Shown in pieces: positions 27,416 to 42,642 of a DNA stretch of 64,000 nucleotides (its first letter is position 1; every line of letters begins with the position of its first letter). Both the position numbers and the translations under genes were made by a program. The stretch lies in the NCBI RefSeq assembly GCF_009914755.1, contig NC_060945.1, one strand, 5' to 3'. Below the pieces are notes generated by a model. The model saw only the letters and a list, made by a program, of their open reading frames with translations, was not told where the DNA came from and did not search any database. This DNA is from the human T2T-CHM13v2.0 reference genome, Homo sapiens.

Positions 27416-29064
27416 TGAAATGTCTCCCACATCTTGGGTCCCTGAATGGCTGACTACATAGAACAGAATAGTCATTAAGTCATAACTACTACCAGATATA
27501 AAACCTGATGAAGAAACAAAACTTTTTGGCAATATCGTCTAGTCTAAGCTAACTAATATTGACTTTAAGAAGTGGGAATTATTCATAACAATATGGGATA
27601 ATATTTATATTGAAGATAATTTTCTTTTACACATTGGATTTGCCACAGAAGTAAGAGGGAGGCTGATGGATGTGAGAAATGAATCCAACATTCTGCAAGA
27701 AACCCACATGGAGAAAGAGACAGTTTGGTCTTACTATGGGCCGATGCCAGCAACCTAGTATAGAAGATGTAAGTATATCAAGATATGGGCTAAGGTAATA
27801 TTTTTAGCTGTATTTTCTCTCTTCTCCCACTTTTTTGGGGTTAATCACAGCCTTCAATGTTAAATAAGCAAGCACACAGTAAAGAACAAATAAAATCTTG
27901 CTTCTGCTCACAATCTAATTGTATATACTAAGTATGAAACAATACAATCCTAAAATTATTTATGTAATGTTATTTATTTTGAATATAGTTGGATATGCAA
28001 ATTTAGAGTCATTCCATTTCTATCATTGCAAAATTCTATATTGGAATATAAGTAGAAATCATTGAAAACATGGATCTATCAGTCTAATACATGGATTTCT
28101 CTTTCAAATCTATCTAAGATCAAGACTGAGAGGCTAAGGCCCAGCTTGAAGAGATTTAACAAAGTATGTACACACCACAAGTGACATGATGTAGAGAGAA
28201 GATCATCAGTAGTTTCCAATTAAGAAATCTCAAAGGGTTTCAGCCAACTAGTAACCTCTATGTGACCTGGTGGATCTACTTACTGCTTTCTGCTGAATTC
28301 AACGCAATCTCCATAATCAGTGTCTTGAAATCAGAATCAAGGCTACTGTGAGAAAATTGGTAAATATTTATCTACTGGTGGAAAATCAAAAAGAAAATAA
28401 TCCCCAACTCATATTTATTTTGATTTTGTATTATGCATCAGATTTACACAGCAACTAGAAACTGGGTATATGGCAAGAAATTAGGAAACTGCCACACACA
28501 CACTCAGGAGAATTTTGTTTTTAGCACATAGGAATAAAATTAGAAAACATCTTTTTTAATTGGAGGGCTTGGTGGTTCTAGAATATTTATATACTCTGCA
28601 GCTGCAATATGGCTCATAATTCAAATTCTGTATAAAATTCCCAAGTCTCAATGAGGACTCTAGAAATTCATATAAGAAAGAGAAATATGTTCCAGGGCAA
28701 CATAAATTTTTTCATTTTTTATTTAGTTCTGAAGTTATATCTAAAATACACAACACACAAAGTGTTTAGCCAAACATAACTAGAAAGACTGGATATGAAA
28801 AGGAGAGTCCTGCCTTCTCCAGACAGGTTTCTCAGGAAGCTCCATATTTAACTTGCCTTCTGGCATAAGCAAAGAAATTGTTAGACACTAAGATCTTGAA
28901 CTATTTAATTCAGGTGTATTTTTATATTAAAAAAACAAGAAGGAAAATCTCTTTAAGTAGATAGTGAAAATTTATCTTGAAAATTACATTTTCATATGGA
29001 AGGAGAAACAAATGAATATGTGAAAATGTAATTCACAGCCTGAAGATCAAGAAGAGTTAACCAT

Positions 29065-29335
29065 TCTTTCTTTTTTTTAAAGACATGGATCTTGTTTTGC
29101 TGCTCAAAGCTGGGGTGCAGTGATGTGATCATAGCTCAGCCACTGCAGCCTTCAACTCCTGGGCTCAAGGGATACTCTCACCTTAGCTTCCAGAGTGGCT
29201 GGGACTATAGGCATGAACCATCATGCCCAGCTAAGTTTTACTTTTTGTGGAATTGGGGTCTTGCTCTGTTACCCAGGCTTGTCTCAAACTCCTAGGCACA
29301 CGCAATCCTCTCACCTTGGCCTCCTAAAACACTAG
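29065..29335 (-). mobile_element. AluJ, slightly 5'-truncated
   Basis: Diverged Alu dimer; aagaagagtt repeated on both flanks. Confidence 0.85.
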
Positions 29336-29393
29336 AAGAAGAGTTCTTCATTCTAAAATTCTATGGAAGGATTCTCTATTAGAAACAGAAGCA

Positions 29394-30020
29394 CCAACTT
29401 CCATAATGGTTGAACTAGTTTACAGTCCCACCAACAGTGTAAAACTGTTCCTATTTCTCCACATCCTCTCCAGCACCTGTTGTTTCCTGACTTTTTAATG
29501 ATCGCCATTCTAACTGGTGTGAGATGGTATCTCATTGTGATTTTGATTTGCATTTCTCTGATGGCCAGTGATGATGAGCATTTTTTCATGTATTTTTTGG
29601 CTGCATAAATGTCTTCTTTTGAGAAGTGTCTGTTCATATCCTTCGCCCACTTTTTGATGGGGTTGTTTGTTTTTTTCTTGTAAATTTGTTTGAGTTCATT
29701 GCAGATTCTGGATATTAGCCCTTTGTCAGATGAGTAGGTTGCAAAAATTTTCTCCCATTCTGCAGGTTGCCTGTTCACTCTGGTGGTGGTTTCTTTTGCT
29801 GTGCAGAAGCTCTTTAGTTTAATTAGATCCCATTTGTCAATTTTGGCTTTTGTTGCCATAGCTTTTGGTGTTTTAGACATGAAGTCCTTCCCCATGCCTA
29901 TGTCCTGAATGGTATTGCCTAGGTTTTCTTCTAGGGTTTTTATGGTTTTAGGTCTAACATGTAAGTCTTTAACCCATCTTGAATTAATTTTTGTATAAAG
30001 TGTAAGGAAGGGATCCAGTT
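29394..30020 (-). mobile_element. L1PA3/4-like, inverted 5' segment (ORF2 C-terminal remnant)
   Basis: ORF 29353-29895 is L1 ORF2p C-terminus with CCHC motif [18 protein letters not shown]; TSD aaacagaagca at 29383-29393. Confidence 0.95.
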
Positions 30021-30614
30021 GTGGTGATTCCTCAGGGATCTAGAACTAGAAATACCATTTGACCCAGCCATCCCATTACTGGGTATATACCCAAACGATT
30101 ATAAATCATGCTGCTACAAAGACACATGCACATGTATGTTTATTGCAGCACTATTCACAATAGCAAAGACTTGGAACCAACCCAAATGTCCAAAAATGAT
30201 AGACTGGATTAAGAAAATGTGGCACATATACACCATGGAATACTATGCAGCCATAAAAAATGATGAGTTCATGTCCTTTGTAGGGACATGGATGAAGCTG
30301 GAAACCATCATTCTCAGCAAACTATCGCAAGGACAAAAAAACCAAACACCTCATGTTCTCACTCATAGGTGGGAATTAAACAATGAGAACACATGGACAC
30401 AGGAAGGGGAACATCACACACCGGGGACTGTTGTGGGGTGGGGGGGAGGGGGGAGGGATAGCATTAGGAGAAATATCTAATGCTAAATGACGAATTAATG
30501 GGTGCAGCACACCAACATGGCACATGTATACATATGTAACAAACCTGCACATTGTGTACATGTACCCTAAAACTTAAGGTATAATAATAATTTAAAAAAA
30601 AAGAAAAGAAGAAA
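30020..30614 (+). mobile_element. L1PA3/4-like 3' segment, 3'UTR and A-tail
   Basis: MFIAALFTIAKTWNQPKCP, G-rich 3'UTR, tail, TSD aaacagaagca at 30615-30625. Confidence 0.95.
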
Positions 30615-30709
30615 AAACAGAAGCAGTTTTAAGGCCTGAGGAATAAATACAAAGACAGTGTAAGAAAGAAGCTGAAGTTTCCCATGGCTTAGGGGAATTA
30701 AATGCATTG

Positions 30710-31094
30710 TGTTAGGGGGCTACATGTTTATGCTTACTCCACCCCAAATTCATTTATTTAAATCTTAACTCCTGCTCTGATGGTAGTAGGCAGTGGGATC
30801 TTTCAGAGGTGATTAGGTCTTGAGGGCGGAGCACTCATAATGGGATTAGCATTCTTGTATTAGTACTCTTATAAGACACATAACAGCTTGCTTCCACTCT
30901 GCTCTCTGCTTTGTGAAAATACAGCAAGAAGATAGCCATCTATAAACCGGGAAGCAAACCCTTACCAGACACTGCATCTGCCAGCACTTTGATCTTGGAC
31001 TTCTAGGCCTCTAGAACTATAAGAAATAAATATTTGTTGTTTAAGCCATCCAGCCAATAATAATTTATTATAGTAGCCTGAACTGACTAGGACA
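30710..31094 (+). mobile_element. MaLR LTR (MLT1A0-like)
   Basis: gaggtgattaggtcttgagggcggagc...ttgatcttggacttc...gaactgactaggaca. Confidence 0.8.
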
Positions 31095-31690
31095 CGTTGT
31101 AATAGAATGGAATGAAAAAGATAAAAGGAGATTTATATGTTTTCCTAGCTAGATTAAAGAAGTGTCCATGAAACAGTACGATATAAAGAACTGATACCAG
31201 GATGTGAGCTCTTGGAGGACAGAGGGGTTTGTTAAGTTTTGTTTGCTGCTATAAACAGGCATTTATAGTGGCATCTTGCCAATAACGCCTATTGATGAGT
31301 ATCTGCTTGAGATTTGAATGCACAAATTAAATTGAAACGGAAAAAAAAAAGAATAACCACAAAAGATAAAAATACAAGTTTTAGTTGTAGCAGGAATTAA
31401 TGTGAAGGTCTCGTATATTTGAAAGAAGCCTTTCAAAAAATGTACAATGAGTCTGAGGAGACCTTAGGGGTGGTAGTCTTTGAGAGATATTATTAGCAAC
31501 AGGATAGGATGAGCCAAATAACACTACTATTTTCTCATCGTCCAACAGAGTCCCTTGCATGTGTTGCTTTGCAGGGTGCCTTGTATATGAGCCCTCATTT
31601 AGTATTTTCTAAAAGACAAAATAACTTTTTAAAGGACCGTGTCTAAGGTATTGTTTTTATTACTTGTTGCTACAAGATATAGCACATACT

Positions 31691-31797
31691 CGGAGCCATT
31701 GTGGCTCTGGCCGGTTGTGCTGGCCCTCGGGGAGGCGAGGGTACGAGTTCGAGGCCAACCTGGTCCACATTGATTGAAAAAAAAAATAAAAAAAAAA
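31691..31797 (+). ncRNA. snaR-family Pol III RNA retrocopy, CAS-like (catarrhine ancestor of snaR)
   Basis: CGGAGCCATTGTGGCTC 5' end and CGAGTTCGAGGCCAACCTGGTCCACAT match recalled snaR-A; B box 31745-31756; poly(A); 18-bp TSD aagatatagcacatactc at 31674-31691 and 31798-31815. Expression not shown. Confidence 0.88.
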
Positions 31798-31914
31798 AAG
31801 ATATAGCACATACTCATCACTGTTTCACAAGAACCAGGTAGCACATGCATATAGCATAATTCCAGAAAAAGTTTCATTTTCATGCTATTTACAAAAATTT
31901 TAGCAGAGTATAGG

Positions 31915-32175
31915 AAAAACCACAAGGAATAATGCATCAATCCAGAGTTAGAAGGATCAAAGTGTCATCTCTCGTATGTCCTAAATAGAAGGAGGGGAGT
32001 GAGCATTACCTAGACCCAGAGGAAAGTCTTGTAGAACAGGCCACCTAAAGGGAAGCACTAATCTTAGTTGAAGGACACCACGGGCCCCAGATGAAAAAAC
32101 AAGGGAAATACATATTCCAGCTTCCGTCCCCCTCCGGACCATTGGGCAAACACAACTGGAATCCAGAGGGCAATC
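31915..32175 (-). mobile_element. Old ERVL LTR33-like remnant
   Basis: ccattgggcaaacacaactggaatccagagggcaa motif. Confidence 0.4.
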
Positions 32176-32990
32176 AATCATTCTAATCTTGCCTGTGAAG
32201 AATTTCCCCTCACATTGGGAAGAATTCTGCTCATGTTTAATATTCAGCCTCACGTTCGGAAGGGTGAAACATAGCTTTAGGAGCCAAGTGGACGGTAAGG
32301 AAGCATATAGCCCCACACTCCAGAGTGAAGGATTGGTAATTACATGCACCATTCTTTTTTCTAAAGTGTTTGATTACGTATTTACCTTAATAAATTGCTT
32401 ATTGGCATTCTATAGAAGAGACTCATTCGTGTTTTGATTATTTTAAAAACAATTTGCTTTTCCATAAATCCGGATCCTCTAAATTTAGATCTCTTTAGCA
32501 TAGGCTGGTGATTGAGTCAGACTATTCACAATGAACAGAACATTACATCACATACTTTAAAAGTTAAAAAATTCAACTGACACACAAGAAAATTCAAAAC
32601 CTACTTCGTTCTGCCCTGAGAACTTCCCTATCTTTTTGTTCTTTTCTGCCTCTACACAAAGAATCTAGGAAAAAAGAACACTAGGTGCTTAAAATGCACT
32701 GCCAAGTTTTATATCTTGAAAAGGGTAATTTCTTTTCCTGTAATAGGCCATTATAAATTCATATTTATGAAGTAGTTAGAAAATAATTCAATTAATATGT
32801 ATTATAGCCATTGGCCATTCATCTGTTCCATTCTAGTCATTCATTTTTATGATCACAGAGTCATAGGGGTTCTATGTGCAATTTGAAATTGCTCTAAAAT
32901 GTAAAGAATAAAGATTGCTTGTTATTTTAAAGTATCTGAATGATGATTGATAGATACATTTCCTCTGGGAACCTTATCATTTCAGACTTC

Positions 32991-33292
32991 AGAAGCTGGA
33001 AACCATCATTCTCAGCAAACTATCACAAGGACAAAAAACCAAACACCACATGTTCTCACTCATAGGTGGGAATTGAACAATGAGAACACATGGACACAGC
33101 AGGGGAACATCACACACCGGGGCCTGTTGTGGGGTGGGGGGAGGGGGGAGGGATAGCATTAGGAGATATACCTAATGTCAATGACGAGTTAATGGGTGCA
33201 GCACACCAACATGGCACATGTATTCATATGTAACAAACCTGCACGTTGTGCACATGTACCCTAGAACTTAAAGTATAATTAAAAAGAAAGAA
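32991..33292 (+). mobile_element. L1PA5-like, strongly 5'-truncated 3' end
   Basis: gaagctggaaaccatcattctcagc...ccctagaacttaaagtataat + short tail. Confidence 0.93.
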
Positions 33293-33624
33293 ATTCATTA
33301 ATTGTAAACTCTTAAGAATTTCCACTTCTGTAAGTAATTAAATGTAGATCAAACACTGTAAAAATGTCAACTAGGACAGAATTTAAAAGTCATCTACTTC
33401 TATCATCATTGCTTTATCTGAGAATGATTAAGCTGAGAGCCACGGAGACCAATATCATGCAGTTAGCTATGTAGAAGCTATATCAGGATAATGCTGGACT
33501 TCTAAATTTGGACCTGGGCCTTATTCACTATCCTAGTGGTTTTCAAAATGACTAGAGAATTTCTTGAGAATTTGGGATCTCCTAGTAGGGAGTTTATTAA
33601 AAACAAAATAAAAAGCATAGAGAC

Positions 33625-33931
33625 GCCCAGGAGCGGTGGCTCATGCCTATAATCCCAGCACTTTGGGAGGCTGAGGTTAAGAGTTTGAGGCCAGCCAGAC
33701 CAACATGGAGAAACCCTGTCTCTACTCAAAATACAACATTAGCCGGGCATGGTGGTACATGCCTGTAATCCTAGCTACTCAGGAGGCTGAGGCAGGAGAA
33801 TTGCTTGAACCCAGGAGGCAGAGGTTGTGGTGAGCCAAGATCGCACCATTGCACTCCTGCCTGGATGATGAGAGCAAAACTTCATCTCAAAAACAAAAAC
33901 AAAAAAAACAAAAAAACACACACACAAAAAC
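33625..33931 (+). mobile_element. AluSp-like with small left-arm deletion
   Basis: gaccaacatggagaaaccc; TSD aaaagcatagagac at 33611-33624 and 33932-33945. Confidence 0.93.
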
Positions 33932-34600
33932 AAAAGCATAGAGACTCTGGGTTCTCCTGTCTTAATTCAACCAGAGTTTCTCAATATTATTCTATTTTAG
34001 AAGTAAAGTTTATGACTTTATCCATTCTTCTTATTGGTATAGTTTACTATAGTTTTGAGTAGATAACATTTTTACCTAACTAAGCGACAGAAATTTATTG
34101 TCTCACAGGTCTGGAGGCTGGACATCCAACATCAAGGTGTAGGCAGGGGTGGTTCCTTCTCAGGACTATGAAGTTGAAGCCTTTTTCTGATCTTTTAATA
34201 GCAACAGCTTCAAACATTTTTTTTTCTAATTTCAAATTTATTTTAGATTCAGGGAGTATGTGCGTAGGTCTGTTACATGGATATATGGTGTGATACTGAT
34301 GTTTGGGGTACAAATGATCCTGTCACCCAGATAATGAGCATAGTACCCAATAGGCAGTTTTCAGTCCTTCCCTCCTCCCTTTCTCTCCCCTCTACTGCCC
34401 CCCAGTAGTTTCCAATGCCTATTGTTTCCATATTTATGCCCATGTGTACCCTATGTTTCTCTCTCTCTTATAAATAAGAACATATGGTATTTGATTTTCT
34501 ATTCCTGCTTTAACTTGCTTAGGATGACAGCATTCAACTGCATCCATTTTGCTGCAAAGGAAATAATTTTGTTCTTTGTAATGGCTTTGTAGTATTCCAT

Positions 34601-34601
<1 letters not shown>

Positions 34602-34642
<41 letters not shown>

Positions 34643-34703
34643 CACACACATATATATATACACACACACACATATATATGTGTATATACATATATATATA
34701 TAC
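34602..34703. repeat. Compound (TG)n/(CA)n/(TA)n microsatellite inside L1
   Basis: Direct reading. Confidence 0.9.
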
Positions 34704-35130
34704 ATTTTCTTTATCCACCATCGATGGCCACCTAGGTTGATTCCATGTCTTTGCCATTGTGAATAGTGCTGTGATAAACATATAAGTACATGTCTTTTTC
34801 GTAGCATGGTTTATTTTCCTTTGGGTATATACCCAGTAATGGGATTGCTGGATCAAATGGTAATTTTAAGATCTTTGAGAATCTCTAAACCGCTTTCCAT
34901 GGTGGCTGGAAATTTACATTCCCACCAGAAATGTATAAGCATTTTCTTTTCTCTGCAGCCTCACCAGTATCTGTTATTTTTATTATTTTTTATTTTTTAT
35001 TTATTTTTTTTTAATTTTTATTCCTAGTCATTCTGACTAGTGTAAGGTGGAATTTTGTGGTTTTAATTAGTAATGTTGAGCATTTTTTATATGTTTGCTG
35101 GCTGCTTGTAAGTTTTCTCCTAATAAATGA

Positions 35131-35447
<317 letters not shown>

Positions 35448-38400
35448 TTGCCTACTTTTCAGTGAGCTTGTTTGTTTTTTGCTTGAGTTGTTTAAGTTCC
35501 TTGAAGATTCTGGATATTAGACCTTTGTCAAATGCATAGTTTGCAAATATTTTCTGCCATCCTGTAGGTTGTCTGCTTTCTGTGTTAATAGTTTATTTTG
35601 CTGTGCAGAAGCTGTTTAGTTTAATTAATTCCTGACTGTCAATTTTCCTGCTTGTTGCAATTGCTTTTGGGGACTTAGTTAAATATTTGCCAAGGCTGAT
35701 ATCTAGTAGTGTATTTACTAGGCTTTCTTCTAGGATTGATATAATTTGAGTTCTAACATTTAAGTGCTTAACCTGTCCTAAGTTAATTGTTGTATGTGGT
35801 GATAGGTAGTGGTCCAGTTTTATTCTCCCACATATGCACAGCCAGTTGTCGCAGCACCATTTATTGAATTGGGAATCCTTTTATTATTGCTTATTTTTGT
35901 CAACTTTATCAAAGAGAAGATTTTGTTAAGTGTATAGCTTTATGTCTGGGTTCTCTGTTCTGTTCCATTGGTCTGTGTGTCTCTTTTTGTACTGGTACCA
36001 CGCTGTTTTATTTACTGTAGGCTTTATAGTCTGAAGTAGGGTAATGTGATGCCTCCAGCTTTGTTCTTTTTTGCTTAGCACATGAAATCTAAGCTGTGTC
36101 AGGCAATGACTCTCCCAGGTAAGTACGCCCTGTGGCACTGCAGCTGAATCAGATGATATGGCCACGTGTGCCAAAATATTGTATAGAGATGGTACTGGAG
36201 TCTTTGCCTGCGCCAGCCAAAACTACATGTAAGGAAACATTTTGAGAAACTGGTGATTCCACAAGTAACCAAAGGCAGTGATTCCGCAGAGAGAAGCATG
36301 AGAATAGAGTAAATGCACAGAAAATGGCAAAGATGAGAGAGATGGATGGCTCCATCAGAGAGAGTGATTTCTGCTTCTGCATTCAGCTGTATTTCCTGCC
36401 CTTGCATACCCATGAGATTACTGGTTTATCTGATGAACGAATACCAGCTTTGTTAAGCTAAAATCTATGCAGATCTATTATGGAAAACAATTATCCGTAA
36501 TTAAGGCAAGATAATTGTCTCAAGAATTAAGTATATAAATAAATTTTGAGAGAATCTTTAAATAAAGAAGGAAAAATATGTGAATACTTGGAATAAGTAA
36601 TTTCCAAGACTTAAGATGTATTTTTAGAAAAAGTTCAAGTTGAGAAGGAAGTAAAGCTAATTATTTTTTTAATTTAAAGAATATTGAACAAATGAGCTTC
36701 AGAGCAGTAAAGAAATAATACTGACAGAGGCTACAAGGGAGCCAGTCTAATTATGTAACTTACTGTAGAGACAAAATCAAGATGGAGCAAGCTGGTCAAT
36801 AATTGTTGTTTTATCTAAAACTCTATGTAATTGTAATTAATTGCATTTTAATTAGGACCTTCAATGCAAGAAGAGAAACCAACATTGACTTTTCCTGGAA
36901 TGTAAGGTACGATTTAACTATTCAGGTAAAGAAATGACAGCTGTAGAACTGGATCTCAGAGGCCATCTGAAAACTCAAAAATACTACGTTCTCTTTATCT
37001 CTAGCTTTTCTCTCTTAATCTCTCTGTGTGAGTGATTCTCTTTACTGGCATATTTTCACCACATGGCAAGAAACATGTCAGCCAACAGTTTCCTAATTGT
37101 AAAATTCATAGCTGTAGGCACCATGAGAGAGAATGACCAGCAGACAGTCCCAAACCTAAGTCCCATGGAGGTACTCCTTGGCCCAGATTAAATCAGGTAT
37201 CCATATTTGGATTAATCATCTGCTGTTAGCAGACAGAATAGCAAATTAATTGCCAAGACACTCATGGTTATATGTGTGGGGGACAAGGGAAATATGATAA
37301 GCAGGATAATGACCTTAAAGATATCTTTAATCTACAGAACCTGTGAAGGGCCAAAGAGAGAATTCTAGAAGCCGAAAAAAATTACTTTTTAGAGTCTTCA
37401 GAAGGGAATGAGCCCTCCCAACACCTTCATTTTAGACCAGTAAGGCCCATGCTGCTTTCTGACTTGCAGAATTTAAGATAATAATATTTTTAAAGCCACT
37501 AATCTTGCAGTAATCTATTAAAACAGCAATAGGAAATCAATAGAGAGAGGAAGGGAGAGACATTGTAAAAGGGATGTTGGGATGACTACACCATATCTAA
37601 TAACAACCATATTATTGTGGTTGATACTGTCAAGCTCTATTGACATGCTGTACAGTTATAAAGCCTCAGAATTAGAGATAGAGAAAGATAACTCAAAGTT
37701 GCCTCAAAAAATCATATCTTCAAATTACAATTCTTCATGGTTCATATAATTATTACACTTTTTATGGTTTGTTTTAAGTGCATTAAAACTTTAGGTTTGC
37801 ATATCTATATAATATTCACATTTAAACAAAATTAGTGAAAATTTATGCATTGATTTAATTATGCATTTTGTTGAGATATTTTTTAAAGCAGGAAAAATTA
37901 TTTTGTAACATGAAGGAATCATATCTATATTGTTCCATTTGTATTTTTCAATTTTACTATAATGTTTATTTTAAGGGTATAGACTTTCATCTGAATTTGA
38001 AATCATTACATAGAAAGTTCAAACAAAATCAATGCAAAGGCATTTGTCTATTTCTATAATAATTACATTAATGATCAAAAGAATATCTATACTAAATAAA
38101 ATATTGCATTTTTATTTTCTTTTGGTGTATATTGAAAATTGATCTGTGTTTTAGAAGGAATGAAACTATCAAACATATTATGGTAGGCATGGCATAAAAC
38201 TGGGTAAAAGAAAATCTTCTTTAGTTAGTTAATGGATTATCTGTTGCTAAACTGAAATAATCAAAAAGTCATCTAACATCAACTTGAATTCCTTCAAAAA
38301 ATAAAACAGGTATGCAAATAGCATTCAAAATAAGGAAAGTTGTCTTTATTAACCATGAAAATGGTAAATTTTATAAATTTAGAATTGACTACTCTCTTCA

Positions 38401-38600
38401 TCTTATGAAAAGTGGTAAAAATATGTAAATGAAATAGAAATAATTTTGAGGTGTTTATTTTCACTTACTTAGAACCATAATCACAAAATCAATTCCTAGT
38501 CTTCTTGATGACATAATACTGAAAAAAGGAAGGTGTATTTAGGTTGGAGATTTATATTTTAAATAAGAAGTAACCCTCTGTATAAACAATAGATCCTGGT

Positions 38601-38896
<296 letters not shown>

Positions 38897-38939
38897 TCAT
38901 AGTACTATGGGCTGTATGAATTGTATGGACCATTTAGGG

Positions 38940-39112
38940 GCACAGTGAGAAGGTGGGTACTTGCAAGTCAATGAGAGAGGACTCAGGAGAAACCAATTCT
39001 GCCAACATCTTGATCTTGAACTTCTAACCTTCAGAACTGTGAGAAAATAAGTGTCTGTGATTTAAACCACCCAGTATGTGGTATTTTATTACAGAAATAC
39101 TAGTATACTAAT
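38940..39112 (+). mobile_element. MLT1 LTR 3' half
   Basis: ctgccaacatcttgatcttgaacttc...agaactgtgagaaaataa...ccacccagtatgtggtatttt. Confidence 0.65.
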
Positions 39113-40134
39113 ATTGTCATGTTAATCACTCTTGTATTAAGATGAAAAGAAAACATTTAAAGCTATAGATGCCTCTTACTGCATCTTGTGCAATGTTCCA
39201 CTGTGCAATGTCCTTAATACCATTTCTGTGGAATTAGTTTAAAACAATAGTTCAACAGCACAATTAAATGTCATGTATTTACAAGACTCTCGTCATGCCA
39301 AAAACATTGACAATGCTTAAAACATTGACTTATTGTGCAAAAAAATGCAACATTATTATGTGCATACGTTGAGAAACAATTTGAGGATGATCAAGGGCCA
39401 ATATGAATGGGATGCAGGCCTGTTTCTAAAATCTCTGAAATGCTTCATATATTTTAAAAGCTAAACAAAAAGTAATAGACATTAATGGAAAACAATCATT
39501 AATTTATATTATTTAAGGACAGTGGATAGGATTCTGTTATTTCTGCTGTCCTTTATCTAAAATAAGCTTGCTTTGTTTTAAACTTCTTATTGCTTCTAAG
39601 CATTCTTTAGAAGAAAAGATTTGAGAACAATAATAATTAAAAACTACTAATGAAGTAATATATTTGCCAGCCCAGCCCATGGTTTACTTATAAAAGTTTC
39701 CAAAACTGAACATTTCAAAAGAAAGAGTAAGGTTCAACTTAAGCTATTTTTTTTAAATAAAACAACAGATGCAGAAGGCAGTGTCACAGTATAATACCCA
39801 AACTATTGCAACATATCACTATTGTTAAATAAAGTACCTATAAAGTTGATATTTTAAAGGAAAAATAAATATAAATATATAAGTTTGGGTTAGTATTTTT
39901 CTTGTTTTTAGCACAATTAGCTCACTAATTTACCCTAAAACCCTTATGATCATTTATTCACTATGCCTTATAAGTGAAACAGCTTTTTGGTTGAGGTTTT
40001 GTCTATCTTAGTTACTGCTAACTATATAGATCTAATAGATTAGTGACCATACTTTGTAAATGTGAACATTTATTCCTCTGGACATGATTTTTGTCCAACT
40101 TGGAGTAACATAATCCATTTATTATAAGACTGGG

Positions 40135-40475
40135 TGCTATGGACTAAATGTTTTTGTTCTCCCAAACTTTATGCGTTAAAATTCTAAACCCCAATATGAT
40201 GGTATTAGGAAGGGGACTCTTTGGAAGGTGACTAAGTCAAGAGTGGAGCTCTCGTGATGGGATTAGTGCAAATTACTCTAGAGCTCCGAGTTACCATGTG
40301 AGTACCAAGCAAGAAGGCCGGGTCTATGACCAGGATTTGGCCCCTCACCAGAACCTGACTATGCTGACACCCTGATCTTGGACTTCCAGGATCCAGAACT
40401 ATGAGGAGTAAATTTCTGCTGTTTATAAGCTACACAGTCTATGGTACTTTATTAAAACAGCCACAAATTATGACA
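40135..40475 (+). mobile_element. MaLR LTR (MLT1A-like)
   Basis: tgctatggactaaatg...gctgacaccctgatcttggacttccag...cagtctatggtac. Confidence 0.8.
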
Positions 40476-40682
40476 CCGAGAAAAAATATCAGATATAAAA
40501 TAATACTACATCATTTATGATCTTGTTTTTGTAAGGTACAATAACAGCAAAACCCTTTTAGGAGTGACAATAGCAATTACTCAATGATCCTTACAGGAGT
40601 TGGTAAGTAGTGACTGGAAAGAAAGGGCTTTCTAGGAATGGGTTAATGTGAAAACTCAGCAACTTGCATACTTGCATATCAT

Positions 40683-42642
<1,960 letters not shown>

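Noticed and set aside
29353-29895. 180-aa ORF as a host protein-coding gene
   Set aside because: It is the L1 ORF2p C-terminal fragment in a truncated, inverted insertion, with no EN or RT domain
30435-30458. G-quadruplex motif (also 33130-33152)
   Set aside because: Standard L1PA 3'UTR G-tract, fully explained by the L1
31691-31797. Calling the element an annotated SNAR gene or a tRNA
   Set aside because: It lacks the snaR expansions and oligo-T terminator and has no cloverleaf; no gene symbol can be supported
31629-32352. 103-aa and 123-aa minus-strand ORFs
   Set aside because: They cross the antisense CAS copy and poly(T) or an LTR remnant; no recognisable protein
34434-34856. 140-aa ORF with (TH)n repeat
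   Set aside because: L1 remnant read through a microsatellite
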